Below are positions 27,076-36,446 of a stretch of DNA of 60,507 nucleotides, one piece after another; position 1 is the stretch's first letter, and every line of letters starts with the position of its first letter. The stretch is taken from positions 3,105-63,611 of the forward strand of contig CAYHYG010000001.1 of the NCBI GenBank assembly GCA_964360835.1, written 5' to 3'. The notes beneath the pieces were generated by a model. It was not told the DNA's origin and did no database searches. It saw only the letters and a program-made list of their open reading frames with translations. The stretch comes from an uncultured Gammaproteobacteria bacterium. GTDB taxonomy: Bacteria > Patescibacteriota > Patescibacteriia > UBA1558 > 2-01-FULL-52-15. Both the position numbers and the translations under genes were made by a program.

Positions 27076-28584
27076 CTACTCACCTAAGGCTGCTTTAAAA
27101 AGCTTCGCCAGCACCTGAGGGTTAGCTTTACCTTTGGAAGCTTTCATACCTAAACCGATGAAAAATTGTAGTAAACTTTCTTTGCCGTTGCGATACTGTG
27201 ATGCCATATCCGACTGTTCAGCGATAATCTGTTGCACAATCTCTTCCAGAGAACCCTCATCACTTTGTTGGTGCAAATCTAATCTTTCGGCTAGGGCGTG
27301 AGGATCCTCACCTTTTTCCAACATATGAGAAAATATTGTCTGTGCCGCCGAACTATTTATCTTGGACTGATGCAGCATGATGAGAAATTCGGCGAAATCT
27401 TCAGCCGTCACAGGAACTTCAGATAATGATCGCCCAGTGGCATTCAGATGTTTATATAGTTCGGTGGTGATCCAGGAGAAAGCTAGCCGTGATAATTTCT
27501 TGCGATGCTTCTGCCAGACTTCCTCCTCACTGCCTTCCGCTTCGCCAGAGGATTTGAGCCAGGCGGCCAACTCTGAAACAGTCTGTTCAAAATAATCAGC
27601 CACATCTTTATCCGTCAAGAGAACATCGACATCCCCATGGCTTAATTCATACTCAGTAACAAAGCGACTCCGTTTGTCGGCTGGCAGCTCCGGTAAACTT
27701 CCATGCCAGAGGTCAACGTCCGCCTGCTCCAACTCCAAATGAGGTAGATCAGGTTCAGGGAAATAGCGATAGTCGTTACTTTCTTCTTTGCTGCGCTGTT
27801 CTACGGTCTCACCTCGGCTTTCGTCCCAACCTCTAGTCGTCTGTTCTTGGGGCGCTCCTGAGACATTCCAAATACCCGTCTGCCGTTGTATCTCGTAGGA
27901 AAGAGCTCGTTCCACCGCTTTGAAAGAATTCATATTTTTGACCTCGGTCTTAGGATAAAATTTCGGATCTCCGATTGGCCGCAATGAAACGTTAGCATCA
28001 CAACGCATATGACCTTTTTCCATATCGGCATCGCTGCAACCGAGATAACGAGCGATCAAACGAATTTCTTGGAGGAAACGTTTAGCCTCGGCTGGACTAC
28101 GAAAATCTGGTTTGGTCACAATCTCTACCAATGGTGTGCCAGCACGATTAAAATCAACCAACGTTTTATCACCTTGATGAAAGTTCTTACCAGCGTCTTC
28201 TTCAAGGTGCAGTCGCTCAATACCAAAACGTTTCTTTTGTCCTTCAAACCAGAGCACCAGATAGCCGTCAGTAGCTATCGGTCGATCAAACTGAGTTATC
28301 TGATAGCCCTTGGGTAAATCAGGATAAAAATAATGTTTGCGATCAAATTTGGAATGACGGTTGATATAAGCATGTAGAGCCAAGGAAAATCGAACTCCTT
28401 GAGTCACCGCCTCGGCATTTATGGTCGGTAAAGTGCCGGGATGTCCCAGACAGATCGGACAAACGTCCGTATTTGCACCTGACCCTATTTCCTGACCCTG
28501 ATTCACACAACTACAAAACATCTTGCTCTTGGTCTTGAGCTGAAGATGTATTTCTAAGCCGATAATTGGTTCTAAGTCATTCAT
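27076..28584 (-). CDS. gatB: Asp/Glu-tRNA amidotransferase subunit B
   Basis: IGLEIHLQL, CPICLGHPGTLP, FDRKHYFYPDLPKGYQITQ and a C-terminal YqeY-like domain. Confidence 0.95.
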   Translation of the reverse strand: MNDLEPIIGLEIHLQLKTKSKMFCSCVNQGQEIGSGANTDVCPICLGHPGTLPTINAEAVTQGVRFSLALHAYINRHSKFDRKHYFYPDLPKGYQITQFDRPIATDGYLVLWFEGQKKRFGIERLHLEEDAGKNFHQGDKTLVDFNRAGTPLVEIVTKPDFRSPAEAKRFLQEIRLIARYLGCSDADMEKGHMRCDANVSLRPIGDPKFYPKTEVKNMNSFKAVERALSYEIQRQTGIWNVSGAPQEQTTRGWDESRGETVEQRSKEESNDYRYFPEPDLPHLELEQADVDLWHGSLPELPADKRSRFVTEYELSHGDVDVLLTDKDVADYFEQTVSELAAWLKSSGEAEGSEEEVWQKHRKKLSRLAFSWITTELYKHLNATGRSLSEVPVTAEDFAEFLIMLHQSKINSSAAQTIFSHMLEKGEDPHALAERLDLHQQSDEGSLEEIVQQIIAEQSDMASQYRNGKESLLQFFIGLGMKASKGKANPQVLAKLFKAALGE

Positions 28585-29257
28585 GAATATGTGGTTGTAT
28601 AGTCTTCCAAATTAAATCATTAATCGCCTCCCTTGTCATAATAGTACCATTCTCAACACACTCTATCAAAGTGAAATTATCAAACATCTGACTAATTTCT
28701 AGATATACTTTTTCTGCCGCCTGCAAATGCTTCAGATCTTGCTCAATTAGATCACGTTTCTTTTCTCCAAGATAATCACGCGAGGCTTTCTGATCTACTA
28801 ATTGCTGTCCAATTTCTGCTGAAACATGAAGAATAATATTGAGATCGGGTTTTGGAATGTCAAAAATTTCGAATTCAAGTTCATACAGCCAGTCAAAAAA
28901 CCTTTTTCGCTCTTCCGGATCAGTAATTTGAGCTCCCTGATGTCCCATGCTTGCGCTGACATAGCGATTAGATAAAACGATGTAGCCATCCTCCAATTGT
29001 TTACGAATCTCAAAGCTGGCAGCAAAGCGATCAATAGCATAAAATATTGAGGCTTTCTTAAAACCAACGTCTTGTAAGCTGCCGTAATTACCGTTTAGAT
29101 ATTGTTCACAAAAGTAAGCCGAGGCCTGACCATAACGAGGAAAATCAGCTATGGCCACTTTATAATCATTTTTCTGTAACTTCTCGAACAATAGTTGAAC
29201 CTGGGTACCCTTGCCTGATCCGTCGGTGCCATCAATAACGATTAATTTTCCTTTCAT
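28577..29257 (-). CDS. tmk: thymidylate kinase
   Basis: IVIDGTDGSGKGTQ P-loop and LSNRYVSAS (DRY-like) motif. Confidence 0.88.
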   Translation of the reverse strand: MKGKLIVIDGTDGSGKGTQVQLLFEKLQKNDYKVAIADFPRYGQASAYFCEQYLNGNYGSLQDVGFKKASIFYAIDRFAASFEIRKQLEDGYIVLSNRYVSASMGHQGAQITDPEERKRFFDWLYELEFEIFDIPKPDLNIILHVSAEIGQQLVDQKASRDYLGEKKRDLIEQDLKHLQAAEKVYLEISQMFDNFTLIECVENGTIMTREAINDLIWKTIQPHIHE

Positions 29258-29808
29258 AATCCTTTTCTTTTAGCATTACAAACTCGGCACAGCGGCAGAT
29301 ATGATTCTTTGCCACCAACTTCAAAGCGTTCCTTGGATCCAGATTTACGGAAACTACGGGTAGCGTTCTCACCATTACAATCTGCGCATACTGCCTGCAA
29401 TTTTTCAATATACTCCGCAATGCCCATCAGCTCTTTGGTGGCTTCGAAAGCCCTGTCTTCGGCGTCGAAATCAAGGCCAGCGGCAATGACTTCCTTGCCG
29501 GCTGCGGCCAAATCTTCAGCAATCTGTTTGAGTGCTTCTGCGGGTAAAAAATGTATCTCATCAATACCAACAACATCAAAATTTTCCGCTAGCGCTAGTA
29601 TCTCACCGGGGTCTGTAACCACAATTGAAGCAAGTCTATTATTATCATGCGTCACTACATCAGTCTCGCTGTAACGATTATCAATCTTGGGTTTAAATAA
29701 AACGGCCGTTCTGCCAGCAATGCCGGCACGTTTCAAGTACCACAAAAGTCTACTGGTCTTACCAGAGAACATACAGCCGGAGATGACACGAATGCTGGGA
29801 TTAGACAT
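29254..29808 (-). CDS. tdk: thymidine kinase
   Basis: GCMFSGKTSRLL P-loop, GIDEIHF and the C-terminal zinc motif CADC...LCRVC. Confidence 0.92.
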   Translation of the reverse strand: MSNPSIRVISGCMFSGKTSRLLWYLKRAGIAGRTAVLFKPKIDNRYSETDVVTHDNNRLASIVVTDPGEILALAENFDVVGIDEIHFLPAEALKQIAEDLAAAGKEVIAAGLDFDAEDRAFEATKELMGIAEYIEKLQAVCADCNGENATRSFRKSGSKERFEVGGKESYLPLCRVCNAKRKGL

Positions 29809-30523
29809 ACTTTTTAAACCAATTCACCGTCGCAGCATATAAAAGTTCCTGCTTGCCTTCATTATTAAAATTATGATCAGCTCCTTTCATAATTAATAGT
29901 CTTTTTTCGCCAAGAGCTTTTCGATACATTCTTTTCGCACCTTTCAAATTATAACCATCAGCTATTGTCACAAACAGAATTGGCGAATTTACTTTTGAAA
30001 TTAAAGCATCGCTATTTATTATTGGTTCTTCTCTAACCATTGACTCCCCCATAATTGTCAAATAACCTTCGTCATAGATTCTACCCTTTGGTTTATTAAT
30101 CTTTGGTAGGCGTTCAAAAGTTCTGCGTGGTAAATGTGAACCATCCCAAGAAACAATAGCTCGTACATTCTGCCGCTCCGAATTAAGGATCGACGGTAGG
30201 CCGTAACTATGACCTACTAGATAAACTTTTTTGACTCCTTTTCGTTTGAGATATTTCAAAACCGTATCAATATCTTTACCATGAGTCTTTAAATTGCATT
30301 GATGAAGCTTACGGGCATCTTTTCCCCATGAATATAAATTAAAACGCAAACAAGAAAATCCTTTCTCTTTAAAATATCGTACAGCATTATAATGCAAAGC
30401 CTCATTCATGTGTCCACAAAGTCCATGAACAATAACAATTAATGGCTTAGAAATTGAGCCATTTAATATCGCGTAAACAAACTTGCCGTCCGGTGTCTTT
30501 ATCTTGAGACTTTTTTCCATCAA
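29801..30523 (-). CDS. alpha/beta hydrolase
   Basis: GHSYG nucleophile elbow and HG oxyanion region VIVHGLCGH; overlaps tdk by 8 nt. Confidence 0.7.
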   Translation of the reverse strand: MMEKSLKIKTPDGKFVYAILNGSISKPLIVIVHGLCGHMNEALHYNAVRYFKEKGFSCLRFNLYSWGKDARKLHQCNLKTHGKDIDTVLKYLKRKGVKKVYLVGHSYGLPSILNSERQNVRAIVSWDGSHLPRRTFERLPKINKPKGRIYDEGYLTIMGESMVREEPIINSDALISKVNSPILFVTIADGYNLKGAKRMYRKALGEKRLLIMKGADHNFNNEGKQELLYAATVNWFKKYV

Positions 30524-30556
30524 ATTATTTATTATTGTTTAGAACTTAGATCTTAA

Positions 30557-32242
30557 TTATTTGTTATTTTCTTCAAACTTTCTTTCTTTCACCCTCTGCT
30601 TGGCCTCCGAATCAGCTCGACTCCAAAAGTATTCATTGTGATCGACAAACTTCATGGCCTCAGCGCGCCAAGTACGGACGGCTTCAATCTTTTTATGCAT
30701 CAACTGGCTAGCGGCTCGATATTGCGGATGCCCTTGGGGCGTAGTGCGCAATTCTAATAAATGATAGGCCTCACGCTCATTGAAGGCCAATACCCAACGC
30801 ACCTTGTGGCCGTGTAGTGTTACATACGATGCCTCCAACGGAAAATCTTGAACTAGCTTTTCATAAAGCTCCGAGACGCGTCTATGACACTCCAGTAACT
30901 TTTCTTCGTACCCAGCTGTTTTGATATCATCTGGCACAATGAAACCTAAACGCGGACTAAAGCGCTGACGCAGCTGGCTAGTCATGCGATGACGCTCTAG
31001 ATCTTTGTAGGTACCAAAATCTGTTACCAGATCAAAGGTATACATATAGCCAGCCTCGAGAGCTCGGTAGGGCTTGTCACGTCGTGTACGTCGTACACCA
31101 ATATACGTCTGTCTCAGTGAAGTTCTCTCATCATCAGACATCTTCCTGACAATTTCTAACAGTTGCTGCAACGGTAAATCACAATATTCATAAAGCATTA
31201 GAGCGTTAGTCAGACTATCTTGCTCATAAGCTAATGCTTCCTGGATCTGTCCGGCTGTGACTCCTGACTGCAGGCGTTCGGCCAAAAAATTAACACCTTG
31301 ATCATAGAGATAGGTTTGGTCGCTGGCTGCAGCTGACTGACCCGACAACATTTTCTGAGCCAAAACCCACATCTGCTGTCTGACCTGACGCTGATAATCA
31401 GAAAAAGAAGCACGTTTCACATAGTGTGGGATCACTTTATCAAGCTGTCCACGAGCGTTCATGGCTAATTGTTGTGTCTCGATTAAATCTGAGGTCATCA
31501 GGTGAGACAAAACATTTTGAAAATAGCGCCCGTTGCCGAAAAGTCCTACATTCGTTTTGGTGGCCAACGGTAACAAGCTTCTCAACGAATCGCAAGCTTT
31601 AGTACGAATGTCTGAATTGTAAGTAATAGTGAATGCTTTCTTATCTTGCTCCTCGGTCAGATCGGACAGTTTCTGCTTACTACCCGCGCCCAAGATATCA
31701 TATTCAGCCTCTGCTATCGGCTTCAACCCTTGATAGTAAGTTTTCATCGGTTCTATTAGGTCGCAATATGTCTGAAAGACAAAATCCAAAGTTGTTTCAT
31801 AGTCATTAGCGTAATCTGAAGCCATAATCCGCGGCTCGCGATAATAGCGAAATTTACCTGCTTCATCAAGCTGATCATAAAAGACATACCTCGTTGATTG
31901 CTCAATCGGCGAGCCGCCAATACGTCTGTCTTCAATTTCTTTAGTTGCCAAAATAGAGACATTTTCCACAGACAAGTGAGCACCTTCAAGCTCTCCAACC
32001 GAATCATCGCCATAAGCAATAAGGACTCTCTCGATTAATCCAGCGGCCCGTTCCACGTCAACTAAACCTTCCTTAATAAATTCTTTGAGCATGACTTCGC
32101 GGAAACCTCCTTTGGCACGACTATAACGCGCATAGACAGCCCCGGCCAATCCCTGCATGTTGGTAACACAAAAAACATCACCGTCGGTGTCGGTCACGTA
32201 TTTTTTGAGTATTTCTTTTTCTTCTGGGGTAAATATCGACAT
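30557..32242 (-). CDS. thyX: FAD-dependent thymidylate synthase, long (about 560 aa) form
   Basis: ERHRMTSQLRQRFS (RHRxxS ThyX motif) in the C-terminal half; a degenerate ThyX-like N-terminal half (YARYSRAKGG). Confidence 0.8.
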   Translation of the reverse strand: MSIFTPEEKEILKKYVTDTDGDVFCVTNMQGLAGAVYARYSRAKGGFREVMLKEFIKEGLVDVERAAGLIERVLIAYGDDSVGELEGAHLSVENVSILATKEIEDRRIGGSPIEQSTRYVFYDQLDEAGKFRYYREPRIMASDYANDYETTLDFVFQTYCDLIEPMKTYYQGLKPIAEAEYDILGAGSKQKLSDLTEEQDKKAFTITYNSDIRTKACDSLRSLLPLATKTNVGLFGNGRYFQNVLSHLMTSDLIETQQLAMNARGQLDKVIPHYVKRASFSDYQRQVRQQMWVLAQKMLSGQSAAASDQTYLYDQGVNFLAERLQSGVTAGQIQEALAYEQDSLTNALMLYEYCDLPLQQLLEIVRKMSDDERTSLRQTYIGVRRTRRDKPYRALEAGYMYTFDLVTDFGTYKDLERHRMTSQLRQRFSPRLGFIVPDDIKTAGYEEKLLECHRRVSELYEKLVQDFPLEASYVTLHGHKVRWVLAFNEREAYHLLELRTTPQGHPQYRAASQLMHKKIEAVRTWRAEAMKFVDHNEYFWSRADSEAKQRVKERKFEENNK

Positions 32243-32258
32243 GTGCGGTTTTATTAAC

Positions 32259-32305
32259 GCGTTAAGTTGAACTTAACGCAATGCGTGTCAAGCTCAGCTT
32301 GACAC
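32259..32305. promoter_or_regulatory. two adjacent perfect palindromes in the dut-thyX spacer
   Basis: GCGTTAAGT-tga-ACTTAACGC (32259-32279) and GTGTCAAGCT-c-AGCTTGACAC (32285-32305). Confidence 0.6.
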
Positions 32306-32316
32306 CTTATCAATAA

Positions 32317-32739
32317 TTAACGTCCCGTAGAACCGAATCCTCCTTCAGCGCGCGTAGACTCTCTTAATTCGTTCACTTCTTCAAACTGCGCTGTCTCTAC
32401 TGGCTGAAACAATACCTGCGCTATCTTATCACCTTTTTTCACTTCATATGACTGATCTGAGGCATTCAACAAAACGACTCCCCATTCACCGCGATAATTG
32501 GAGTCAATAACGCCTCCGAGGCAGGTCAAGCCATACTTTACTGCCATACTACTACGATCCATTATCAGACCTACGTGAGTAGCTGGAAACTCTAAAGCAA
32601 AGCCCAACTGAAACATATGACGTTCACCCGGATTTAATACTTTATCCTCCAATGAAAATAAATTAGCACCAGCATCACCTGCATGAATATATGCGGGCAT
32701 GGTGGCCTCTGGTTTAATTTTCTTATACTTAATTATCAT
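32317..32739 (-). CDS. dut: dUTP diphosphatase
   Basis: AGDAGANL, GVIDSNYRGE and the GGFGSTG C-terminal motif. Confidence 0.93.
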   Translation of the reverse strand: MIIKYKKIKPEATMPAYIHAGDAGANLFSLEDKVLNPGERHMFQLGFALEFPATHVGLIMDRSSMAVKYGLTCLGGVIDSNYRGEWGVVLLNASDQSYEVKKGDKIAQVLFQPVETAQFEEVNELRESTRAEGGFGSTGR

Positions 32740-33289
32740 ATTTCAATGCTGTCAGTAGCTGATCTAATTGTAAATGCAACTGCTCCAAATTCCCGTTGTT
32801 ATCAATATGATATTGTGCCTGTTGCATCACTGGTGGAATAGAAATTTCTGTTTCCAGTAAATGATCCGCCTGAAACTGCTCCCATGTCTTACCAGCATCG
32901 TCAGGATTCTCACCTCTTTGCAACAATCGCTGAAAACGAATCTGCTCATCGGCCTCAACTGCTACTAAAACAAAATTTGGTAATCTTTTTAGATACTCAA
33001 TATCCATATCGCGCCGTATACCTTCGATCACAATTAATGAAGCATCAGACTTCTCGGCATCGCGTGCCAAAACTTTTGACATTAGATCTTCACCAAAACG
33101 TTGCCTTAGCAAAGTGGAAATATTACTGAGATTGTCGCGGGTCTGTTCCAGATACAGCCGATCAAGCACATCTCGCAACATCGTGGAGAATCGGAAGGCC
33201 ACAGCTCCGTGGCTCTGCACCAAATATTCGGCGGCTGTGCCTTTGCCGCTCGAAAGCAGTCCAGTAATACCGATGATAAGCTTAGCCAT
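32729..33289 (-). CDS. P-loop nucleotide kinase (dNMP-kinase / dephospho-CoA-kinase-like)
   Basis: GITGLLSSGKGT Walker A. Substrate unknown; lies within the deoxynucleotide operon. Confidence 0.6.
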   Translation of the reverse strand: MAKLIIGITGLLSSGKGTAAEYLVQSHGAVAFRFSTMLRDVLDRLYLEQTRDNLSNISTLLRQRFGEDLMSKVLARDAEKSDASLIVIEGIRRDMDIEYLKRLPNFVLVAVEADEQIRFQRLLQRGENPDDAGKTWEQFQADHLLETEISIPPVMQQAQYHIDNNGNLEQLHLQLDQLLTALKYDN

Positions 33290-33806
33290 TGGTAAGTACT
33301 ACATTACCTTCCGATGCCTGGCGATCCTCGATTTCATCTGAAAATAATTGTTCCAGACTTTTGTCCCACTCAACATTACGAGCATACATCGTTACTTCAA
33401 CGCCGGCTTCGCGCAAATAATCCAATGCTTGAGTACCGCGATACACCTTGCCAATCACCGCTCGTTTAATTCCGGCAGCGACAATATATTTGGCACAATG
33501 AATACAAGGATTATACGTCACATATAACGTACTATCTTCCGTACTGGAACCTTGGAGAACCGCGACCTGCAGGATAGCATTATGCTCGGCATGGATAGTC
33601 CTGACGCAGTGACCCTCCTCCAAAAGATGCCCCGCCTCCAGACAGTTTGGTTGACCAGATGGCGCTCCGTTATAACCGGTGGCAATAATACGCTTCTGCT
33701 TAACTAAAATAGCTCCAGCCGCCAAACGGTCACAGGAGCTGCGGGTGGCCACGATACGGGTCATAGCCATAAAATAGTCGTCCCAATCAGGTCGATATTG
33801 AGCCAT
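33282..33806 (-). CDS. dCMP deaminase
   Basis: HAEHNAI and PCIHCAKYI zinc motifs (CMP/dCMP deaminase family). Confidence 0.9.
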   Translation of the reverse strand: MAQYRPDWDDYFMAMTRIVATRSSCDRLAAGAILVKQKRIIATGYNGAPSGQPNCLEAGHLLEEGHCVRTIHAEHNAILQVAVLQGSSTEDSTLYVTYNPCIHCAKYIVAAGIKRAVIGKVYRGTQALDYLREAGVEVTMYARNVEWDKSLEQLFSDEIEDRQASEGNVVLTNG

Positions 33807-33872
33807 AATTTTTGTAATTGATAATTGAAAACTAGATGTATTCTAGCAAATAAGTCGACTAGCTCCAATGCC

Positions 33873-33901
33873 TTGACCAGAGATAAAATACGTAGTATAA
33901 A
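33873..33901 (+). promoter_or_regulatory. strong sigma70-like promoter of the small zinc-ribbon gene
   Basis: TTGACC (33873-78), 17-nt spacer, TATAAA (33896-33901). Confidence 0.6.
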
Positions 33902-33945
33902 AGGCAAATAGTTCTGCCAAAAAACGTTCATCATGGGAGGTTGCT

Positions 33946-34176
33946 ATGACTGCCGAAGAAACCAATGGACCATCACTCAGCGAGTCCAGTCAGAAGTTCG
34001 TCGGACCATGTGATCACATCCATAACCGGACAGGCAAACGGCGTCGCTCCCGGCATTGTGCCGACTGTGATCAGCTGATCAACTCCGAAGCCAAGGCTCC
34101 AGAGTCTTGCTATCTCAGCCATATTGAGATGGCAGCTAAGCAGGGCTACTGCGGCGACTGCGGCAACAAGCTGTAA
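33946..34176 (+). CDS. 76-aa Cys-rich (zinc-ribbon-like) protein
   Basis: GGGAGGT lies 4 nt before the ATG; CxH, CADC and CGDC pairs; visibly G+C-rich; has its own promoter and terminator. Confidence 0.6.
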   Translation: MTAEETNGPSLSESSQKFVGPCDHIHNRTGKRRRSRHCADCDQLINSEAKAPESCYLSHIEMAAKQGYCGDCGNKL

Positions 34177-34188
34177 GTCTCCAAGACT

Positions 34189-34220
34189 AAAGCGGCGTTC
34201 CCATCGGGAACGCCGCTTTT
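34189..34220. terminator. strong bidirectional terminator
   Basis: AAAGCGGCGTTCCC-atc-GGGAACGCCGCTTTT. Confidence 0.85.
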
Positions 34221-34240
34221 AAGTTTTACTAATACAGGAG

Positions 34241-34921
34241 TTAGAGAGCAACCTTTACCGATGGCCCCATCGAGGAGCTCAGATATAAAGCCTGGATGAA
34301 ACTTCCCTTCAATTTCTCGGGTTTGACCGCCCGAAGAGCCTTGAGGAAGGAGTCAAAATTTTCCTTCAGTTTAGCTTGATCAAATGAGGCTTTACCAATA
34401 ACTACGTGAATATTACCAAAGTTATCGTTCTTGAAAGAAATTTTACCTTGCTTCAACTCTTTGATAGCTGGACCGATCTTCGGGGTAATGGTGCCGGTAC
34501 GAGGATTTGGCATTAGACCTTTCTGTCCCAGGACGCGGGCAATGACAGCCAGATCTTTCATCATCTCTGGTGTAGCCACAGCGATGTCAAAATCGGCCTT
34601 ACCGCTGGTCTTGATCTGTTCGATCAAATCTTTATTACCTACGACGTCGGCGCCGGCTTCTTTGGCTTCCGAGATTTTATCATCAGTAACGAAGGCGGCC
34701 ACGCGTACAGATTTACCACTACCGTGAGGCAAAGAAACGCTGGCGCGTACTAGCTGATCGCTTTGCTTGGGGTCAATGCCTAGTCTGACATGAACTTCAA
34801 TAGAAGGGTCAAACTTTACCTTAGAGGTTTCCAAAACCAAAGTCATGGCCTCGTCGAGAGGATAGCTCTTGGTAACATCGACTTTACTCTTGGCTTCTTT
34901 GAAGCGCTTACTGATTTTCAT
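34241..34921 (-). CDS. rplA: 50S ribosomal protein L1
   Basis: VRLGIDPKQSDQLVR, LPHGSGK and the usual L1 length; sits downstream of rplK. Confidence 0.96.
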   Translation of the reverse strand: MKISKRFKEAKSKVDVTKSYPLDEAMTLVLETSKVKFDPSIEVHVRLGIDPKQSDQLVRASVSLPHGSGKSVRVAAFVTDDKISEAKEAGADVVGNKDLIEQIKTSGKADFDIAVATPEMMKDLAVIARVLGQKGLMPNPRTGTITPKIGPAIKELKQGKISFKNDNFGNIHVVIGKASFDQAKLKENFDSFLKALRAVKPEKLKGSFIQALYLSSSMGPSVKVAL

Positions 34922-34982
34922 AGGTTTGTAATTTGTGTGGTATTAATGTCCACCTTAGGCGAACTCCCACTTTAATTAGAAT

Positions 34983-35062
34983 GGTAACTGGTAACCAGAC
35001 GCTAGTAACCAAGATCTTTACCCTGGGTACTGGTTACATGTTACTAGTTACTTTATTGTTAC
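34983..35062. repeat. GTAAC x3 / GTTAC x4 inverted heptamer array in the rplK-rplA spacer, overlapping the rplK stop
   Basis: GGTAACTGGTAACCAG...CTGGTTACATGTTACTAGTTACTTTATTGTTAC; rplK stop at 35048-35050. Confidence 0.85.
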
Positions 35063-35470
35063 TCCCATCTGACGAGCAGTACCTTCAATTGTTTTCATAG
35101 CTGCTTCGATGTCATGGGCATTAAGATCTGGCATTTTGATTTCTGCTATCTGTCTGACTTGATCCTTGGTGATAGCGCCGACTTTCTCCTGTAATGGCTT
35201 ACCTGAACCTTTAGTGATACCGGCGGCTTTGGCGATCAGTTCAGAAGCCGGAGGCGTCTTCATGATAAAGTCGAATGACCGGTCTTCGTAAATGGTGATT
35301 TCTACCGGCACGGTGGTACCAACCTTGTCACGAGTAACTTCATTAAACTTCTGACAGAAGTCTTGAATATTAACACCTTGTGGTCCTAGGGCTGTACCTA
35401 CTGGAGGCGCTGGGTTCGCCGCTCCGCCTGCTATTTGTAATTTAATTTTTGCTTTGATTGCTTTGGCCAT
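35048..35470 (-). CDS. rplK: 50S ribosomal protein L11
   Basis: [29 protein letters not shown]. Start moved to 35470, the canonical L11 N-terminus. Confidence 0.96.
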   Translation of the reverse strand: MAKAIKAKIKLQIAGGAANPAPPVGTALGPQGVNIQDFCQKFNEVTRDKVGTTVPVEITIYEDRSFDFIMKTPPASELIAKAAGITKGSGKPLQEKVGAITKDQVRQIAEIKMPDLNAHDIEAAMKTIEGTARQMGVTIK

Positions 35471-35541
35471 AATATTATAATGTGATTGTAATCTGTTGCT
35501 CGACATTTAGTAGAAGCCTAAATAGCTAGCAATGAACTAAT

Positions 35542-36087
35542 TTATAATTTCTTAATCTGCAAGAAATCTAATTCTACTGGTGTTTCCCGGCCAAAGACTG
35601 ATATCAGAACTTTGACTTTACCGCGGGCAACATCAATCTCACTGACCTTGCCTTCATAATTTTTGAACGGTCCGTCGACAATCTTGACCATCATACCGAC
35701 ACTGACATCAATCTTATATTCCGGCTCTTCCACGCCCATACGTACCTGCAGAGCTTTAATTTCCTCCTCAGACAATGGAGTTGGCGTGGTACCGGCACCA
35801 ATAAATCCAGTAACGTTTGGGGTATTGCGTACTACATACCAGGAATCATCCGTCACTATCATATTAACCATGACATACCCAGGGAAGATTTTCTCACGTA
35901 CGGTGCGCCGTTTGCCGTTTTTAATCTTGATCTTGGTTTCCGTGGGAATCAAAACGTCAAAAATCTTATCTTCCATATCCATAGACTCAATACGTTGACG
36001 CAAATTTCTGGCTACATTTTCTTCATAGCCTGAGTAGGTGTGGATAGCATACCAGCGCTTACCCTGTTGTAATATTTGCTTTGGCAT
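35542..36087 (-). CDS. nusG: transcription termination/antitermination factor NusG
   Basis: KRWYAIHTYSGYE (NGN domain) and KOW motif GMMVKIVDGPFKNYEGKV. Confidence 0.95.
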   Translation of the reverse strand: MPKQILQQGKRWYAIHTYSGYEENVARNLRQRIESMDMEDKIFDVLIPTETKIKIKNGKRRTVREKIFPGYVMVNMIVTDDSWYVVRNTPNVTGFIGAGTTPTPLSEEEIKALQVRMGVEEPEYKIDVSVGMMVKIVDGPFKNYEGKVSEIDVARGKVKVLISVFGRETPVELDFLQIKKL

Positions 36088-36089
36088 AC

Positions 36090-36269
36090 TTACAAAGCTA
36101 GATCGAGAATTTTATTAAAGAGTAAATCCACTAGGAATAAGAAAAGGGCGATGAAAGCGGAGACAATCAGAACTTCCACTGTGTATTTGGTGGTCAAAGC
36201 CCTACTTGGCCAACTGACTTTCATCAGCTCGGCTCTGGCATTTTTTAGATAGGTGATTAAAGAGTTCAT
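36090..36269 (-). CDS. secE: preprotein translocase subunit SecE (59 aa, below the ORF-track size cutoff)
   Basis: My translation is MNSLITYLKNARAELMKVSWPSRALTTKYTVEVLIVSAFIALFLFLVDLLFNKILDLAL. KVSWPSR motif plus one TM; stops 2 nt before nusG. Confidence 0.8.
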   Translation of the reverse strand: MNSLITYLKNARAELMKVSWPSRALTTKYTVEVLIVSAFIALFLFLVDLLFNKILDLAL

Positions 36270-36373
36270 TTTTTTGTTTAGCTTCCATCTCGATTGATCT
36301 CAAGATTTTCGCTAATATTAGCTTAATTTACCACCGCCAAGGGCGGGGTCCCGCGTTAGCGGGATAAACTTAG

Positions 36374-36398
36374 TATTTTAAAACCGCCCAAGGCGGCT
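36374..36398 (-). terminator. terminator after the 161-aa membrane protein gene
   Basis: On the minus strand: AGCCGCC-uug-GGCGGUU followed by TTTAAAA. Confidence 0.5.
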
Positions 36399-36446
36399 AC
36401 TAATGACAAAACTATAGCAAACATGTCGCCTAAATGCAAGACTGAT

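Noticed and set aside
36270-36446. Expected tRNA-Trp or rpmG (L33) upstream of secE.
   Set aside because: No cloverleaf or T-arm (GTTCGAATC-like) sequence is present, and no ~50-codon Lys/Cys-rich ORF exists on either strand. Only GC hairpins are there.
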